DNA of 64,000 bases from the NCBI RefSeq assembly GCF_009914755.1, contig NC_060925.1; one strand, given 5' to 3'. The notes under the pieces are model-generated. The model was not told the origin of the DNA and made no database searches. It saw nothing but the letters and a program-made list of their open reading frames with translations. Below are positions 42,833 through 56,321 of the stretch, piece by piece (within the stretch, counting starts at the first letter, position 1; every line of letters starts with the position of its first letter). This stretch comes from the human T2T-CHM13v2.0 reference genome, Homo sapiens. The position numbers were made by a program, and so were the translations under genes.

Positions 42833-43762
42833 ATGAAAAGAGAGAACTTTACTCTCATCACTGACTTTGTTTTCCAAGGTTTCTCTAGCTTCCATGAGCA
42901 GCAGATCACCCTTTTTGGCGTGTTCCTTGCACTATACATCTTAACCTTAGCAGGCAATATCATCATTGTGACCATCATCCGAATTGATCTTCATCTTCAC
43001 ACACCCATGTACTTCTTCCTGAGCATGCTGTCCACTTCAGAGACTGTATATACATTGGTCATTCTCCCAAGAATGCTCTCCAGCCTCGTAGGTATGAGCC
43101 AGCCCATGTCATTGGCAGGGTGTGCCACACAGATGTTCTTTTTTGTAACCTTTGGCATCACTAACTGCTTCCTGCTCACAGCAATGGGATATGACCGCTA
43201 TGTGGCCATCTGCAACCCCCTGAGATACATGGTTATTATGAACAAGAGGCTGCGTATCCAACTTGTCCTGGGGGCCTGCAGCATTGGGCTGATTGTAGCA
43301 ATAACGCAAGTGACATCTGTATTCAGGTTACCCTTCTGTGCTAGAAAGGTGCCCCACTTCTTCTGTGACATCCGCCCTGTGATGAAGCTCTCCTGCATTG
43401 ACACCACTGTCAATGAAATCCTGACTTTGATTATCAGTGTGCTGGTGCTTGTTGTACCTATGGGTCTGGTTTTCATTTCTTATGTTCTCATTATCTCTAC
43501 AATCCTCAAGATTGCTTCAGTTGAGGGCCGGAAGAAGGCTTTTGCCACCTGTGCATCCCACCTCACTGTGGTCATTGTCCACTACAGCTGTGCCTCCATT
43601 GCCTACCTCAAGCCCAAGTCAGAGAACACCAGAGAACATGACCAGCTGATCTCGGTGACCTACACTGTCATCACTCCCCTACTGAACCCTGTGGTATACA
43701 CCCTGAGAAATAAAGAGGTCAAAGATGCTCTGTGCAGGGCTGTTGGTGGGAAGTTTTCCTGA
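42833..43762 (+). CDS. OR10J1: Olfactory receptor 10J1 (309 aa from MKRENF; 320 aa if the ATG at 42800 is used)
   Basis: Intact 7TM ORF with N-glycosylation sequon NFT and motifs [34 protein letters not shown] and PLLNPVVYTLRN. The protein sequence is recognised as human OR10J1. Confidence 0.96.
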   Translation: MKRENFTLITDFVFQGFSSFHEQQITLFGVFLALYILTLAGNIIIVTIIRIDLHLHTPMYFFLSMLSTSETVYTLVILPRMLSSLVGMSQPMSLAGCATQMFFFVTFGITNCFLLTAMGYDRYVAICNPLRYMVIMNKRLRIQLVLGACSIGLIVAITQVTSVFRLPFCARKVPHFFCDIRPVMKLSCIDTTVNEILTLIISVLVLVVPMGLVFISYVLIISTILKIASVEGRKKAFATCASHLTVVIVHYSCASIAYLKPKSENTREHDQLISVTYTVITPLLNPVVYTLRNKEVKDALCRAVGGKFS

Positions 43763-44946
43763 CCATGTAGGAAGAGTTCTCCTGAGGCTGTCAACATCCA
43801 CACTAGGCAGGAATATGAGGTGTAAACTCACAAACACTTGGCTCCTAGAGACCTGCCCCTTAAATAAGAGGCAAAAGAGGAATAGCAGTTTCATACAACT
43901 GGGAGTCTGAAGCTTTAAATAAAGTTACTGGATGGAGTGTTATCCCTATTTTTGGGGATAAATAGACAAACAAGGATAAGATATGCCTAAATAAAAGGCC
44001 AGAAAGTAGTATGGGCTGAGAATTTTTTACTGACCTTTTGGTTTCTTTGTGAATCTCCACCTAATGAAGGCAATAGAAAGCCCCTTGAGAAAATAGAATC
44101 CAAGACATACTTAAAATCTTTTTCCTATAATCCCTTTCTTCCTATACTAGAGCACCAGGGCTTCTGAAACTGGATTCCCTATTGGAGTATGTTTATGACA
44201 TGTCAAGTAATAAGTTACTGTGTGGAGAGGGAAAGTGGCCTCAGGATTAGATAGCCCAGGAGAAATAGATGTTCTCTCCTGGATGTGTTAATTTATCCCA
44301 GATTCTAGCAAAACTGCTTATTAAAGATGGTGAGCATACACAGTTTAATTAGAGATGCTGGCAATTCTACAGTCATCATGACAGTGTTTTGAGGGCATAA
44401 TCTGAGATACTCCTGGATCCTTTCAAATTTGGCTAAATCAGAAAACACATAATGGGCAAGAGCTATGAACTAGCCTCTGTGCTAGGTCCTGGAGAAATAA
44501 AGATTAAAAAAGCTTTCTTGTCTGGCTTCAGGAAGCTACAAGCCTAGTGGTAAAAACAAGCATTTGACAGTATGGTTTCAGTTCTTTATGGTAAGTGGTG
44601 TTTACACACAATTAAAGAAGAACTCAGAAAAAGAAAGAAAAGGAAAGGGGAAGAGAGAGAGACTGTTGGAGATGTTAGGGAAGTCTTAAGAGGAGGGGAC
44701 CTGTGATGCAAACTGTTTTTAAAACACAAGAGATTGTCTGAAAGATAAGAAAGAATTCCAAAGAGAAGAAACAATGTAGCTACAGGTATGAAAGCAAAAG
44801 GACTGATCAGGTAACGAAAAATGATTCAGTTGTGCTGACTCCAGGACATGGAAGAGGTGGGGATTGAAGGAGATAAAACCAGAAGGGTAGGTTGGGGTCA
44901 TATTCTGAAGGCCTCATATGCCAAATTAAGGAATTTCAGCTTTAAC

Positions 44947-45240
44947 TTTTTTTAAAAAAAAACAGAGTCTTGCTCTGTTGCCCAGGCCGGAGTGCAGTGG
45001 CACAATCTCAGCTCTCTGCAACCTCCGCCTCCTGGGTTCAAGTGATTCTCCTGTCTCAGCCTCCTGAGTAGCTGGGATTACAGGCATGCGTCACCACATC
45101 CGGCTAATTTTTGTATTTTTAGTAGAGACAGGGTTTCTCCATGTTGCCCAGGCTGATCTCAAACTCCTGACCTCAGGTGATCCACCAACCTTGGCCTCCC
45201 AAAGTGCTGGGATTACAGGCGTGAACCACTGCACCCGGAC
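44947..45240 (-). mobile_element. AluSx-like, inserted in L2-like sequence (~44440-44945)
   Basis: Full Alu dimer on the minus strand (ctcctgacctcaggtgatcc) with a degenerate TSD agctttaactttt/agtttttactttt. Confidence 0.92.
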
Positions 45241-47147
45241 AGTTTTTACTTTTAAATATGGGAACTACCCAGGACTTAGGAGAACTAGGATTCAGTTTGT
45301 GAAGCATCTATATGAATTCTTAACATCTTTATCATACTTAGCTCCCCTGAGATATCTAAAAAGCCATATGGGGGGAGGGAGACTTTGGACTGCAAGCCAA
45401 AAAGCTCATGAGTAAAAAGAAAATGTGACTAAGGTATTGGGGAGAATACACAGAAATAATTATGTACTTAAGATGAAGCTGAATCAGACTGTCATAGAGA
45501 ACATGGAGTGGAGGCTGTCCCAGGACTGTCATGTAGATTTGGGGTTTGAGATACAGATGAGCACCAAGGGAAGAATAAGGATTTGCTGTCAAATCAGTGA
45601 CTAGGCTGGGCCTCAGACCTGGTGGCAGTATGGTCTCAGGGCACACTTTCTACTAGGCTGAAAGTGTGGACTCTTTAATCAGAAAAGCCTTTGAACGAAC
45701 AAACAAACAAAACAGCCGAGATCCAAAGGACACATGTATCTGCATTCCAGACCATAATAGAACTACTAGGGCATTTTTCAGGATTAACAAGGTCAATGGC
45801 AAAAATAAAACCATATCTAAAGTTCTCTAAGAACATCATAAGGTGGCTAAAAGTAACTAAGACAAGTTGTTAACTGACAAGAAAAAAAACTGAAAAAAGC
45901 AAAACATTGCTGGTAAAGATTTTGACAGGCATTCAGTAAACATTCATGAAATGTTTACCAGTTATTCAATAAACATTCATAAAGTATTTACTATGTGCCA
46001 GATACTATGCTAGACATAAAAAAATCTTGAAATAAGCCCTGTACTATCCCTTAAATAGTTTCCAGTCTTGAAAGGGAGATGGGTTTATGCAGAACTCACC
46101 GTAATTCAATGTGATGGAGAAATGAACAAAGTATGCTTAATATTTAATGACAAAAATGTAAGCCTCGGGATATTTTTTCCTGATCTATATAAAGCTAAAT
46201 CTCATCAAGCTAAGAATGGACTTTGCACGTTGAAGTTCAGTGAAATAAATGCCTGTTACCTGGACAGTAAGGTTGCCTTGATCTGTGTGTAGTGCTATCT
46301 CCTGGGGCCAAAGGCTATGTAGCTCCTGCTGGGCATCACTCAGAACATTTCATCACCATGGAATTTTAGAACATTTATCACTCAGGTTTTTCAGAAATCT
46401 TGTTTGAACAGAATAGCTTAACAGTCAGACATTATGGAATCAAATGTTTTCAACAATCCCTTTTTTTGGAATTATTTTAGTCATCATTCATGCTCGGTAT
46501 CACTGCTTTCACACTGTAGCCCCTTGCCACAAGACAATTTCCCAACCATTATCTCACTAGGTCCTCAGAACAATCTCAAGGGAGACAAGGATAAGGCTCT
46601 CATTATACAGATAATAAGATTGAGATAGAAAAAGGAGTGAAGGCAGAACTTGAACTTGCACCAGTTGGCTGGCATTTTCTGTTTTCCTAGAATAAATCCT
46701 CACCCAAGGGTGACTCACAATGGAGATAGTGATGTACTAGAGAAATCAAACTAGGCAAAATTTACATTCTCCGGGGCCTCAAACATTCCAAATAAATCAA
46801 AACCTCATCCCCAAGGCTTTTCCAAGAGAGGTCCTATATAAAAGGGCCACCTGGTACCCTTACTCTAGCCAGTGGGGACTCATGAGGAAGAGCATCTCCA
46901 GCACAGCACAAGCTGTAAAGTCTTATTCATGCAGAACCAGCTGAGAATTTAGGGAACATGAGTATCCATTTTCTCCAATATTAAAACAAATCATAGAAAA
47001 GCATTTAGAGCTCCACAAGCAAACCTAACCCTTACTTAAACAGATTCAAGAATTCAGTAGACACTGTGTTGCGTTAGATCTGGAGCCAGATGCTGGGAAT
47101 AAGTGGTCAATTATGCCAAGTGTCTGGCCTGTGGACAGACAGACTGA

Positions 47148-47196
47148 TATATATATATATAAATAATATATATTAACGTAGCATATATATTAACAT

Positions 47197-47227
<31 letters not shown>
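47148..47227. repeat. Interrupted (TA)n microsatellite
   Basis: Read directly from the sequence. Confidence 0.95.
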
Positions 47228-47230
<3 letters not shown>

Positions 47231-47923
47231 GTAGACTAATGAATGTTAAACTAGAGCACAGAAGGAAGAAAGCTTTAGTTCCAATTGATGTTTTTAAATT
47301 ATAAATAAAGAATAATAAACACAGGTTCTTGGCCAGTCAACCAGCTCACCTCTCTTCAAGCACACACTAAACACCATTAGCAATAAAGGGACAGATCATG
47401 CAATAGAGGGATTTGAGATCTTTATGGTGGTGCAGGACTCTTTTATGTAAGGAAACTTCCAGCAACTCAAACTTTAAACTCTTATTTCTGTGGATGCCAT
47501 CGAAGACTTCAGAAAGCATGAGTACCTCACTCACTCACTGCCTAGTAGAACTGAGGCTAGGATATGTTAAATGCCTTTGCAATATTTCTGTTGGACACAC
47601 ACTCCCTCCTCCCCAGCAATCTACAGACATATATCTCTGAGACATCTGTAAGCCCAAAGGAAAGCCTATGCACTTGTACTGGGTGGGGGTAGGGAGACAC
47701 AATATAAACCTGAAGGCCACTGAACTGAGATAGAAGTTAATGATTCACCCACAAAGACCTCTTGAAATTGAGAGTCACAACATTTAAGCAACTCAACCAG
47801 GAATAGAGAGTTAATGAATGAGGGAGCTAAGGCTTGAATTCAGTCTGCTGACTTCAAGCCTTCCCATTCCTTATGCTGTAGCTGTGAGAAGTGACTGGTA
47901 AAAATGGGCTCTTAACCAAAGTC

Positions 47924-47999
47924 CACCATGGGATCCCAGTATTCACTAAAAGAAAACTTTCACCATGGGATCCCAGTATTCACTAAAAGAAAACTTTCA
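47924..47999. repeat. Perfect 37-bp tandem duplication
   Basis: caccatgggatcccagtattcactaaaagaaaacttt occurs at 47924-47960 and 47961-47997. Confidence 0.97.
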
Positions 48000-48252
48000 G
48001 TGGGAATAGAACAATGAGAACACATGGACACAGGAAGGGGAACATCACACTCTGGGGACTGTTGTAGGGTGGGGGGAGGGGGGAGGGATAGCATTGGGAG
48101 ATATACCTAATGCTAGATGACGAGTTGGTGGGTGCAGTGCACCAGCATGGCACATGTATACATATGTAACTAACCTGCACATTGTGCACATGTACCCTAA
48201 AACTTAAAGTATAATAATAATAAATAAAACATTAAAAAAAAAAAGAAAAAAG
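48000..48252 (+). mobile_element. 5'-truncated L1PA 3'UTR (~250 bp)
   Basis: L1PA 3'UTR with G-rich tract and poly(A); TSD agaaaactttca (47988-47999 and 48253-48264). Confidence 0.95.
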
Positions 48253-51200
48253 AGAAAACTTTCATACTTTAAACAAAGTAGATTAGATTAAGAAAATAGG
48301 AAGATCTATTCAATAGGGTTGGGAAAACAGAGAAAGAGTATGCAGGAAGAGTATGCATTTTTCTTTGGCGATAGAGTTTTCTTATCAAAGACTAGAAGTG
48401 GATGTTGCAGTTTCTAGATGTCACTCTTGAGGCTTTCAAGGATCCTCAAAATAGCTTCAGAATAGGCTGTGCTCCCACCAGAGTCTGGACTTTCTTCCTG
48501 TCTTCTCATTGGCCATCTATAAGCCATCTTATTTTTTCCTCATTTGGCTTCTGGACCCCTAGCCTCAATAGCTCCTTCACTCTTGCCCTGGAAATGAGCT
48601 TACTCTAGCTTCTTATGGCCTGTGGACCCTTAATGTAATACGTTAGCAGCACCAGCATATAGTTTATAAAGCATTTTCATTTGACCCTCACCACATGTCT
48701 GTGGTATTGTAGAGATAATATCATCGGCACTTTATCTGTTAGGAAACTAAGGCTCAGAGGAGAGATGGGTAACTCTAATAGGTAGTCAAAGTCATATAGC
48801 TGGTGATTGTCAGAATTACTTAAACCCAGGTAGTTGCTCCAATCCTTCTTATTGCACTATTCTTCTTTGCTTAAGAGAAGTTCCTTTCATTTACTGTGTA
48901 GCAACTGAGGTTTAGCTCCAGCATTCCTCCATCCTGATAACCGAACACATCTGTATTTAAACATTTTCTGCCTTCGTTGGAAATGACAGCAAAGCATGCC
49001 CTCAGGCATGCTGTGTTGTTGCATTATTGTGGCTCAGAGGAGAGTTTTCTAGCTGGTTCCATATCGCCTCAACTTGCCTAAATATAAGGGCTTACTTTTT
49101 TACCCCCCACTGTACCCCCAATTTCTCTCTAATGTTCCCTTCTTCTCTTGTACTATTTCTACCTCTTCTTCTTCTTCTATTCTAGAGGCTTTTATCTTTT
49201 TTCTTTGCTCTTTCATGAGGGACTATCTACAAAGGTATTTTGGGTGGGAGAATTGCTAAGCCACTTCTCGATGATCAATAAACTTCCAGCTGATTGCTGT
49301 CAACAAACCTCACTAAACTGCAACAAGATGGACATCGCATCTTGGTTCTAAACTCTCAGAAAGTTTCCTGCATTGTTCAGACAAGACTGGTAAGTGTTTC
49401 ACTGCTAATTTCACTCCTGTGTGGTTCCTTCCTTTGAATTTGACCAGCCCAAAGCTATATCTAGTTTAAGAAATTAAAAAATCTGCTCTCCAAGTGTGCA
49501 TGCAAATATTTCTATTGTATACCTTTTGGAACTTAAAAGTCAAGAATTTTTCACTTTTGTTTCTCGAGCTTTTTAATTATCTCAATTTTTTCAAAGGAAT
49601 TGAGGAACTGAGTGACCAGAGTTTAATTCTGTGGACTGGAGATAGGAGGTGGGGAGAGGAAAGGCCTTTAGGATGAAAGTAAAATATAAGATGAAATGGG
49701 GGAAGGAAGGAAAACAATGGAAATATTTTTCAAATTTATTTCTCTAGTCTTTCATTCGATTTGTTGATTTCTTGATTTAGAATGTTTATCCCACAGAACA
49801 ATTTAGACTCTAGGCTTTCTGTTACTGGGCAATTTTAGCTAAGTTTCTTATTTCTAACCAAACTAGGAATGAATGGATGCTACTGTTAGTGTTCAATCTG
49901 TACAACGTCTTTTTAAGGTTTAATCAGAGCAAAAGGAGTTTAGAAGTTGTCATTCCATCCTTAGAATCAGAAAAAACTGGACAAACTAAAAGCCAATAAC
50001 TTTTTTGGACCCATTAGAGAACTGAGGTTGCAAATCAAGTTGCCACCTGGATATCTGAGGAGATATTACAGCTAAGACACAGCTGAGATCTGCCTCCTTT
50101 CAGGAGGCACTGGAGCCATAAACTAGAGTACTCGAATGGCAATTTTGATGAACTGCTGGGAGCTGAGTATGGACTAGCTCGACAGTGAGAAATTCCTAGG
50201 GGTCACAGTCTTATAGGAGCTCCCACACTTTCATGGATTTTGCATACAGGAACCTCACCAGATTCTCATGGTGAAGATTCAAAAAGGATCTCCTCTTGGC
50301 TCTGGCAGGGGGAAGGGAAAATTAATCATTGTGAAATACACTCACATCCTTCTCCATAACAAAGGCCTGTATTTCATAGAAAACTAACTTTGCTAGAGTC
50401 TTAGGTCAGGGGAAGGAATCCTTTCTATCCAGTCACCTTTACCCTTTCCATCTCAACTAAGAAGGAAAAATTGTCAACACGGGTCAGGACTTCAAATGAA
50501 CAGATGGGCAATTCTGCAGGCAGGGAAAGGAGATGAACTGGGGAAAATATACTAAAGGAGAAAATCATGTGATGGTCACAGCTTTGAGACATGGGCCAAC
50601 TAAAAGACTGAGAACTAATTAGTAGATAATAGAAAACTTCCTCCACCCTAAATTACCACCATACCAACAGGGCTCCAGTATAATAGCAGTGGATTACAGC
50701 TGAGAGAGTGTCAGATGCAGACTTTTTGAGGAAGAGTACTTATGGGAACCCAAAGTCAAAAGGAGAGACAAAAACAAGGACAGTAGAGGAATTTGAAGTC
50801 TCTGACCAGATTAGCATAAATTCTTGCATTAAAGGCCTATTTATGTTACTTTCTATTACCTAATACAACATGTACAGCTTTCAACAACAACAAAAATTAT
50901 AAGGTATGCTGAAAAGAAAAAAACAGAATCTGAATACAGAAGTCAAGCATCAAACCAGATTCAGATATGTCACAGATATTGGAATTATCAGTCAGAGAAT
51001 TTTAATAACTATGAAGATCTAAAATACATGATAAGGGCTCTAAAGGAAAAAGTAGACAACATGCAAGAAAGATGGGTAATGTAAGTAGAGAGAAAACCTA
51101 AGAAAGAATAATAAAGAAATGCTAGAAATCAAAAACAAAGTGAGAGAAATAAAGAATGCCTTCCATGGACTCATTATTACATTCAACATGACCAAGGAGA

Positions 51201-52192
51201 GAGTAAATGAGCTTGGAAATTTTTCAATAGAAACTTCACAAACTAAAATGCAAGAAGTGAAAAAAAAGAGAAGAAAATAAAACAGAACATCAAATAACTG
51301 GGGGAAAATATCAAAAGGCATAACATACGGAATAAGAATAACAGGAAGAGAAGAACAAAAGAATGTAATAAAAAAATTGAAATAATAATGACTAAGAACC
51401 TTCCAAAATTAATGACAGGCATGACACCACAGATCCAGAAATCTTAGAGAACACCAAGCAAGATAAACCAAATGCTCCTACGAAAAAATAAGCAAACAAA
51501 CAAACAAAAACTCCACTTAAGCAAATGAGTCATATTATATTCCAGGCTCAGAAAATCAAGGACAGAGAAAATCTTTAAATAAGCCAGAGGGAAATAATTA
51601 TCTTAACTACAGAGGAGTGAGAATAAGAATTAATGCAGACTCCTTATCAGAAACCCCTGCAAACAAGAAGGTGGAGTAAAATGTTTAAAGTGTTAAAATA
51701 AAAAACACAGCCACCTAGAATGGAGAGCAAAACTATTCTTCAAAAATAAAAGAGAAACAAAGACTTTATCAGACAAGCAAAACTAAATGAACTTAATGCC
51801 AAAAGACTTGCCATTCAAGAAATGCTAAAATAACATATTTATGAAGAAAAAATTATATAGGTCAGAAACTTGAATCAACATAAAAAAGGAAGAAAGTAGA
51901 TTATTCTTAGCTGAACTAAAAATACTAGTTTTTTTTAAAACTTTTATTTTAGGTTAAGGGGTGTGTGTGCTTCTTTAAAGCAATAATAGTAGCAATGTAC
52001 TTGGTTAGTGGAATAAATAAATAAATAAAATAAACAAAAAGTAGCTGGGAAGAATTGGGAATAATCACTATTATAAGATATCTACACTACATGTGAAGGC
52101 AGAGTGTTTTTTGAAAGTGAACTTAGATTAGCTTAAAATGTATATTGTATACTCCAGGATAACTATTATAATTTTTAAAGAATGAAAACTGG

Positions 52193-53605
52193 CTCCCTCT
52201 CCCTCTCCCTCTACCCACAGTCTCCCTCTGCCCACTGTCTCCCTCTCCCTCTCTTTCCATGGTCTCCCTCTGATGCCGAGCCGAAGCTGGACTGTACTTC
52301 TGCCATCTCCGCTCACTGCAACCTCCCTGCCTGATTCTCCTGCCTCAGCCTGCCGAGTGCCTGCGATTGCAGGTGCGCGCCGCCACGCCTGACTGGTTTT
52401 CGTATTTTTTTTGGTGGAGATGGGGTTTTGCTGTGTTGGCTGGGCTGGTCTCCAGCTCCTAACCGTGAGTGATCTGCCAGCCTCGGCCTCCCGAGGTGCC
52501 GGGATTGCAGACTGCAGACGGAGTCTCCTTCACTCAGTGCTCAATGTTGCCCAGGCTGGAGTGCAGTGGCGTGATCTCGGCTCGCTACAACCTCCACCTC
52601 CCAGCCGCCTGCCTTGGCCTCCCAAAGTGCTGAGATTGCAGCCTCTGCCCGGCCGCCACCCCGTCTGGGAAGTGAGGAGCGTCTCTGCCTGGCCACCCAT
52701 CGTCTGGGATGTGAGGAGCCCCTCTGCCCGGTGCCCAGTCTGGGAAGTGAGGAGTGCCTCTTCCCGGCTGCCATCCCATCTAGGAAGTGAGGAGCGTCTC
52801 TGCCTGGCCACCCATTGTCTGAGATGTGGGGAGCGCCTCTGCCCCGCCGCCCTGTCTGGGATGTGAGGAGTGCCTCTGCCCAGCCACGACCCCATCTGGG
52901 AGGTGAGGAGCGTCTCTGCCCAGCCGCCCCGTCTGAGAAGTGAGGAGCCCCTCTGCCCGGCAGCCACCCCGTCTGGGAAGTGAGGAGCGTCTCCGCCCAG
53001 CAGCCGCCCCGTCCGGGAGGTGGGGGGCAGCCCCCGCCTGGCCAGCCGCCCCGTCCAGGAGGGAGGTGGGGGGCAGCCCCCGCCCGGCCAGCCGCCCAGT
53101 CCGGGAGGGAAGTGGGGGGCACCTCCGCCCAGCCACTGCCCTGTCCGGGAGGTGGGGGGCGCCTCTGCCCAGCCGCCCCTTCTGGGAAGTGAGGAGCCCC
53201 TCTGCCCGGCTGCCACCCCATCTGGGAGGTGTACCCAACAGCTCATTGAGAACGAGCCATGATGACGATGGTGGTTTTGTCTAATAGAAAAGGGGGAAAT
53301 GTGGGGAAAAGATAGAGAAGTCAGATTGTTGCTGTGTCTGTGTAGAAAGAAGTAGACATAGGAGACTCCATTTTGTTCTGTACTAAGAAGAATTCTTCTG
53401 CCTTGGGATGCTGTTGATCTATGACCTTACCCCCAACCCGGTGCTCTCTGAAACATGTGCTGTGTCCACTCAGGGTTAAATGGATTTAGGGCGGTGCAAG
53501 ATGTGCTTTGTTAAACAGATGCTTGAAGGCAGCATGCTCCTTAAGAGTCATCACCACTCCCTAATCTCAAGTACCCAGGGACACAAACACTGGAAAAAAA
53601 AAAAA
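52193..53605 (+). mobile_element. SVA retrotransposon (older SVA_B/C-like), short VNTR, SINE-R 3'-truncated
   Basis: CCCTCT hexamer head, antisense Alu-like domain, GC-rich VNTR (~52620-53230), SINE-R and A-tail. 16-bp TSD aaagaa(tg/ca)aaaactgg at 52177-52192 and 53606-53621. Confidence 0.96.
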
Positions 53606-56321
53606 AAAGAACAAAAACTGGTATGCTAAGAGACAATATGGAGTTATAAACCACAGAATACAAAAAAGAAGAAAGCAAACAAAGAACAAATGCAATAAAT
53701 AGAAAACAGTTGCTTCAATTAAAAGACAGACTGTCAAGGTTATAAAAAACAAGACTCATTTAAAGGTTGTTTAAATATGAATGGTCCAAATACATTTAAT
53801 TAAAAGACTGTTGAGGCACACAGGATTCATTTATAGGTTGTTTATAGTTTCTATCTGAATAAAAACCCATGTACACAGCTTAAAAATAAAGAAATGGAGA
53901 AAGATATACCATGCTAACACTAATCCAAAGAAAGTTGCAGCAATTATATTAATTTCAGACAAAGCTAAATTCTGAACTGGGAAGATTATGAAGTATAAAA
54001 AAGGGTATAACATAATGATAAAAATATTGATTCTACAAGATAAAAAATATATAAATGTGTATGTTTGGAGCAAAAAGACATCAAAATACATGAGTCAAAA
54101 ACTTTTAGAACTGAAAAGGTAAAGCACCAAATCTATTATAGGTGAATACTTAAATGCCCTTTCATCAGTAATTGTTTAAGAACACAGAATATCAGAAAGA
54201 ATATAGAGGAACTAAACAGAACTATCAACCACTTTCTCTAATTGATATTTATAGAATACTCCACCCAATGACAATGGAATATACATTCTTCTCAAGCTCA
54301 CATGAAACATTCACCAAGATAGACATTCTGGAGCATAAACCACACATTTACCAATTTTTAAAAATAGAAATTATACAACGTATGTTATCAGATCACAGTG
54401 AAGTTAAAACCAGAAATCAAGAACAGAGGATAGCTGGAAAATCCCAGCATATGTGAAAATTTCTATATAACACATTGGTCAAAGAAGAAGTCTGAAGAGA
54501 AATTTTTAAAATATATTTTGAGCTGAAAGAAAATGGAAATACAACTTATCATTTTTGACATGCAGACATAGTAATATTTGAAGGCAAATTTAAATCATTA
54601 AATGCATACAATAGAAAAGAAGAAATATTTGGCATCAATAACATAAGCCTTGTCATAAGAAACTAGGGAAAGAAAAACAAAGCAAGCAGAAGAAAAATAA
54701 ATATCAGCAGAAATCAATAAAATTGAAAGTAGAAAAACATTTGATATTGACTATCAGCAAAGTTTAAAGCTGATTCTTTGGAAAGATCAGTAAAATTTAT
54801 AAACCTCTTGAAAGAGAAAGAAGAAAAATAAAAGAACACACAAATTAGCAATACCCTAAATGAAAAAGGGGCCATAACTACTGACCCACTGATATTAAGA
54901 AGATTATAAGGAAATAGGAAAAACTCTATGCCCAGAAATTTGATAACAACTTAAATGAAATAGGTCAATTCCTTGAAAGATACAATGTACCACAACTCAC
55001 ACAAGGAGAAATAAAGAAACTGAATAGCCTTATATGTATTAAAAAAATAATTTAATAATAATTAGCCTTTCAAAAAATTAAAGTAACAGGCCCAGATGGT
55101 TTTACTGGTGAATTCTACCAAATAATTAAGTAATAAATAATGCCAATTTTCCACAGTCTCTTCTAGAAAGTGGAGGCAGAGAAAATGTTTTTTGAGTAAT
55201 TCCATGAAGTCACTATTACCTTCATACCAAAATCAAACAGACATATTTTTTAAAAACATAGACAATATATCTAATGAATGTTAAGGTAAAAATTTTGACA
55301 AAATATGAGTAAATCAAATACAACAATATATAAGATAAAGTATACACCATGACTAAATGTCGTTTATTTCATGTTTTCAAGGCTAGTTCAAGATTCAAAA
55401 GCCAATCAATGTAATCCACCAAATCAACATGATAAAGAAGAAAAATCATATGTTTATGTCAGTTGGTGCAGGAAAATCATCTGACAAAAGCCAATGCTGA
55501 CTTCTGATTTAGAAAAAGTAAAATTCTCAGCAAATTAGGAATAAAGAAGAACTTTATCAACTTGATAAAGAATATTTTTTAAACCCACAACTAACGTTAT
55601 ACTTAAGGTGAGAAACTGAATTCTTTCCCCCTAAGATCAAGAGCAAGACAAGGATGTTTCCTCTCAGCACTTCTATTCAACATCTTACCAGAAGTCCTGG
55701 TTTCTGCAATAAGACAAGAAAAAGAAATAAAAGGTATATAGATTGGAAGAAAGAATTAGTGTTGTCTTTATTAACAATTGCCATTATTGAATAAACCCCA
55801 AAGAACCTACAAACAAAGCTTCCAGGACTAATGAGTATGGTAATGTAATAGAATACAAGGTCACTATACAAAAGTCAATTGTTTTTCTATGCACCAGTAA
55901 TGAAAAAATGAAATTAGAAGTAAATACCACAAATAATAAAATAAACATAAATCTAAACAAGAGTGTAGAATTTTGATATAGAAAACTACATAACACTGAA
56001 TAGAAAAATCAAAGATTATCTAAATAAATTGAGATATTTCATGTTCTTGGATTGAAATAGTCAATATTGTTAAGATAGCATCTTTTGGAGGAGGAGCCAA
56101 GATGGCTGAATAGGAACAGCTCTGGTCTACAGCTCCCAGCGTGAGCGACGCAGAAGATGGGTGATTTCTGCATTTCCATCTGAGGTACTGGGTTCATCTC
56201 ACTAGGGAGTGCCAGACAGTGGGCGTGGGTCAGTGAGTGCTCGCACCGTGCGCGAGCCGAAGCAGGGCGAGGCATTGCCTCACTTGGGAAGCGCAAGGGG
56301 TCAGGGAGCTCCCTTTCCGAG

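Noticed and set aside
52620-53230. Repeated ctgggaagtgaggagc units with variable spacers, superficially CRISPR-like
   Set aside because: This is the SVA VNTR in primate DNA. The spacers are themselves repeats and there are no cas genes.
52411-53284. Many overlapping 64-238-aa GC-rich ORFs on both strands
   Set aside because: They are by-products of the stop-poor SVA Alu-like and VNTR region, not genes.
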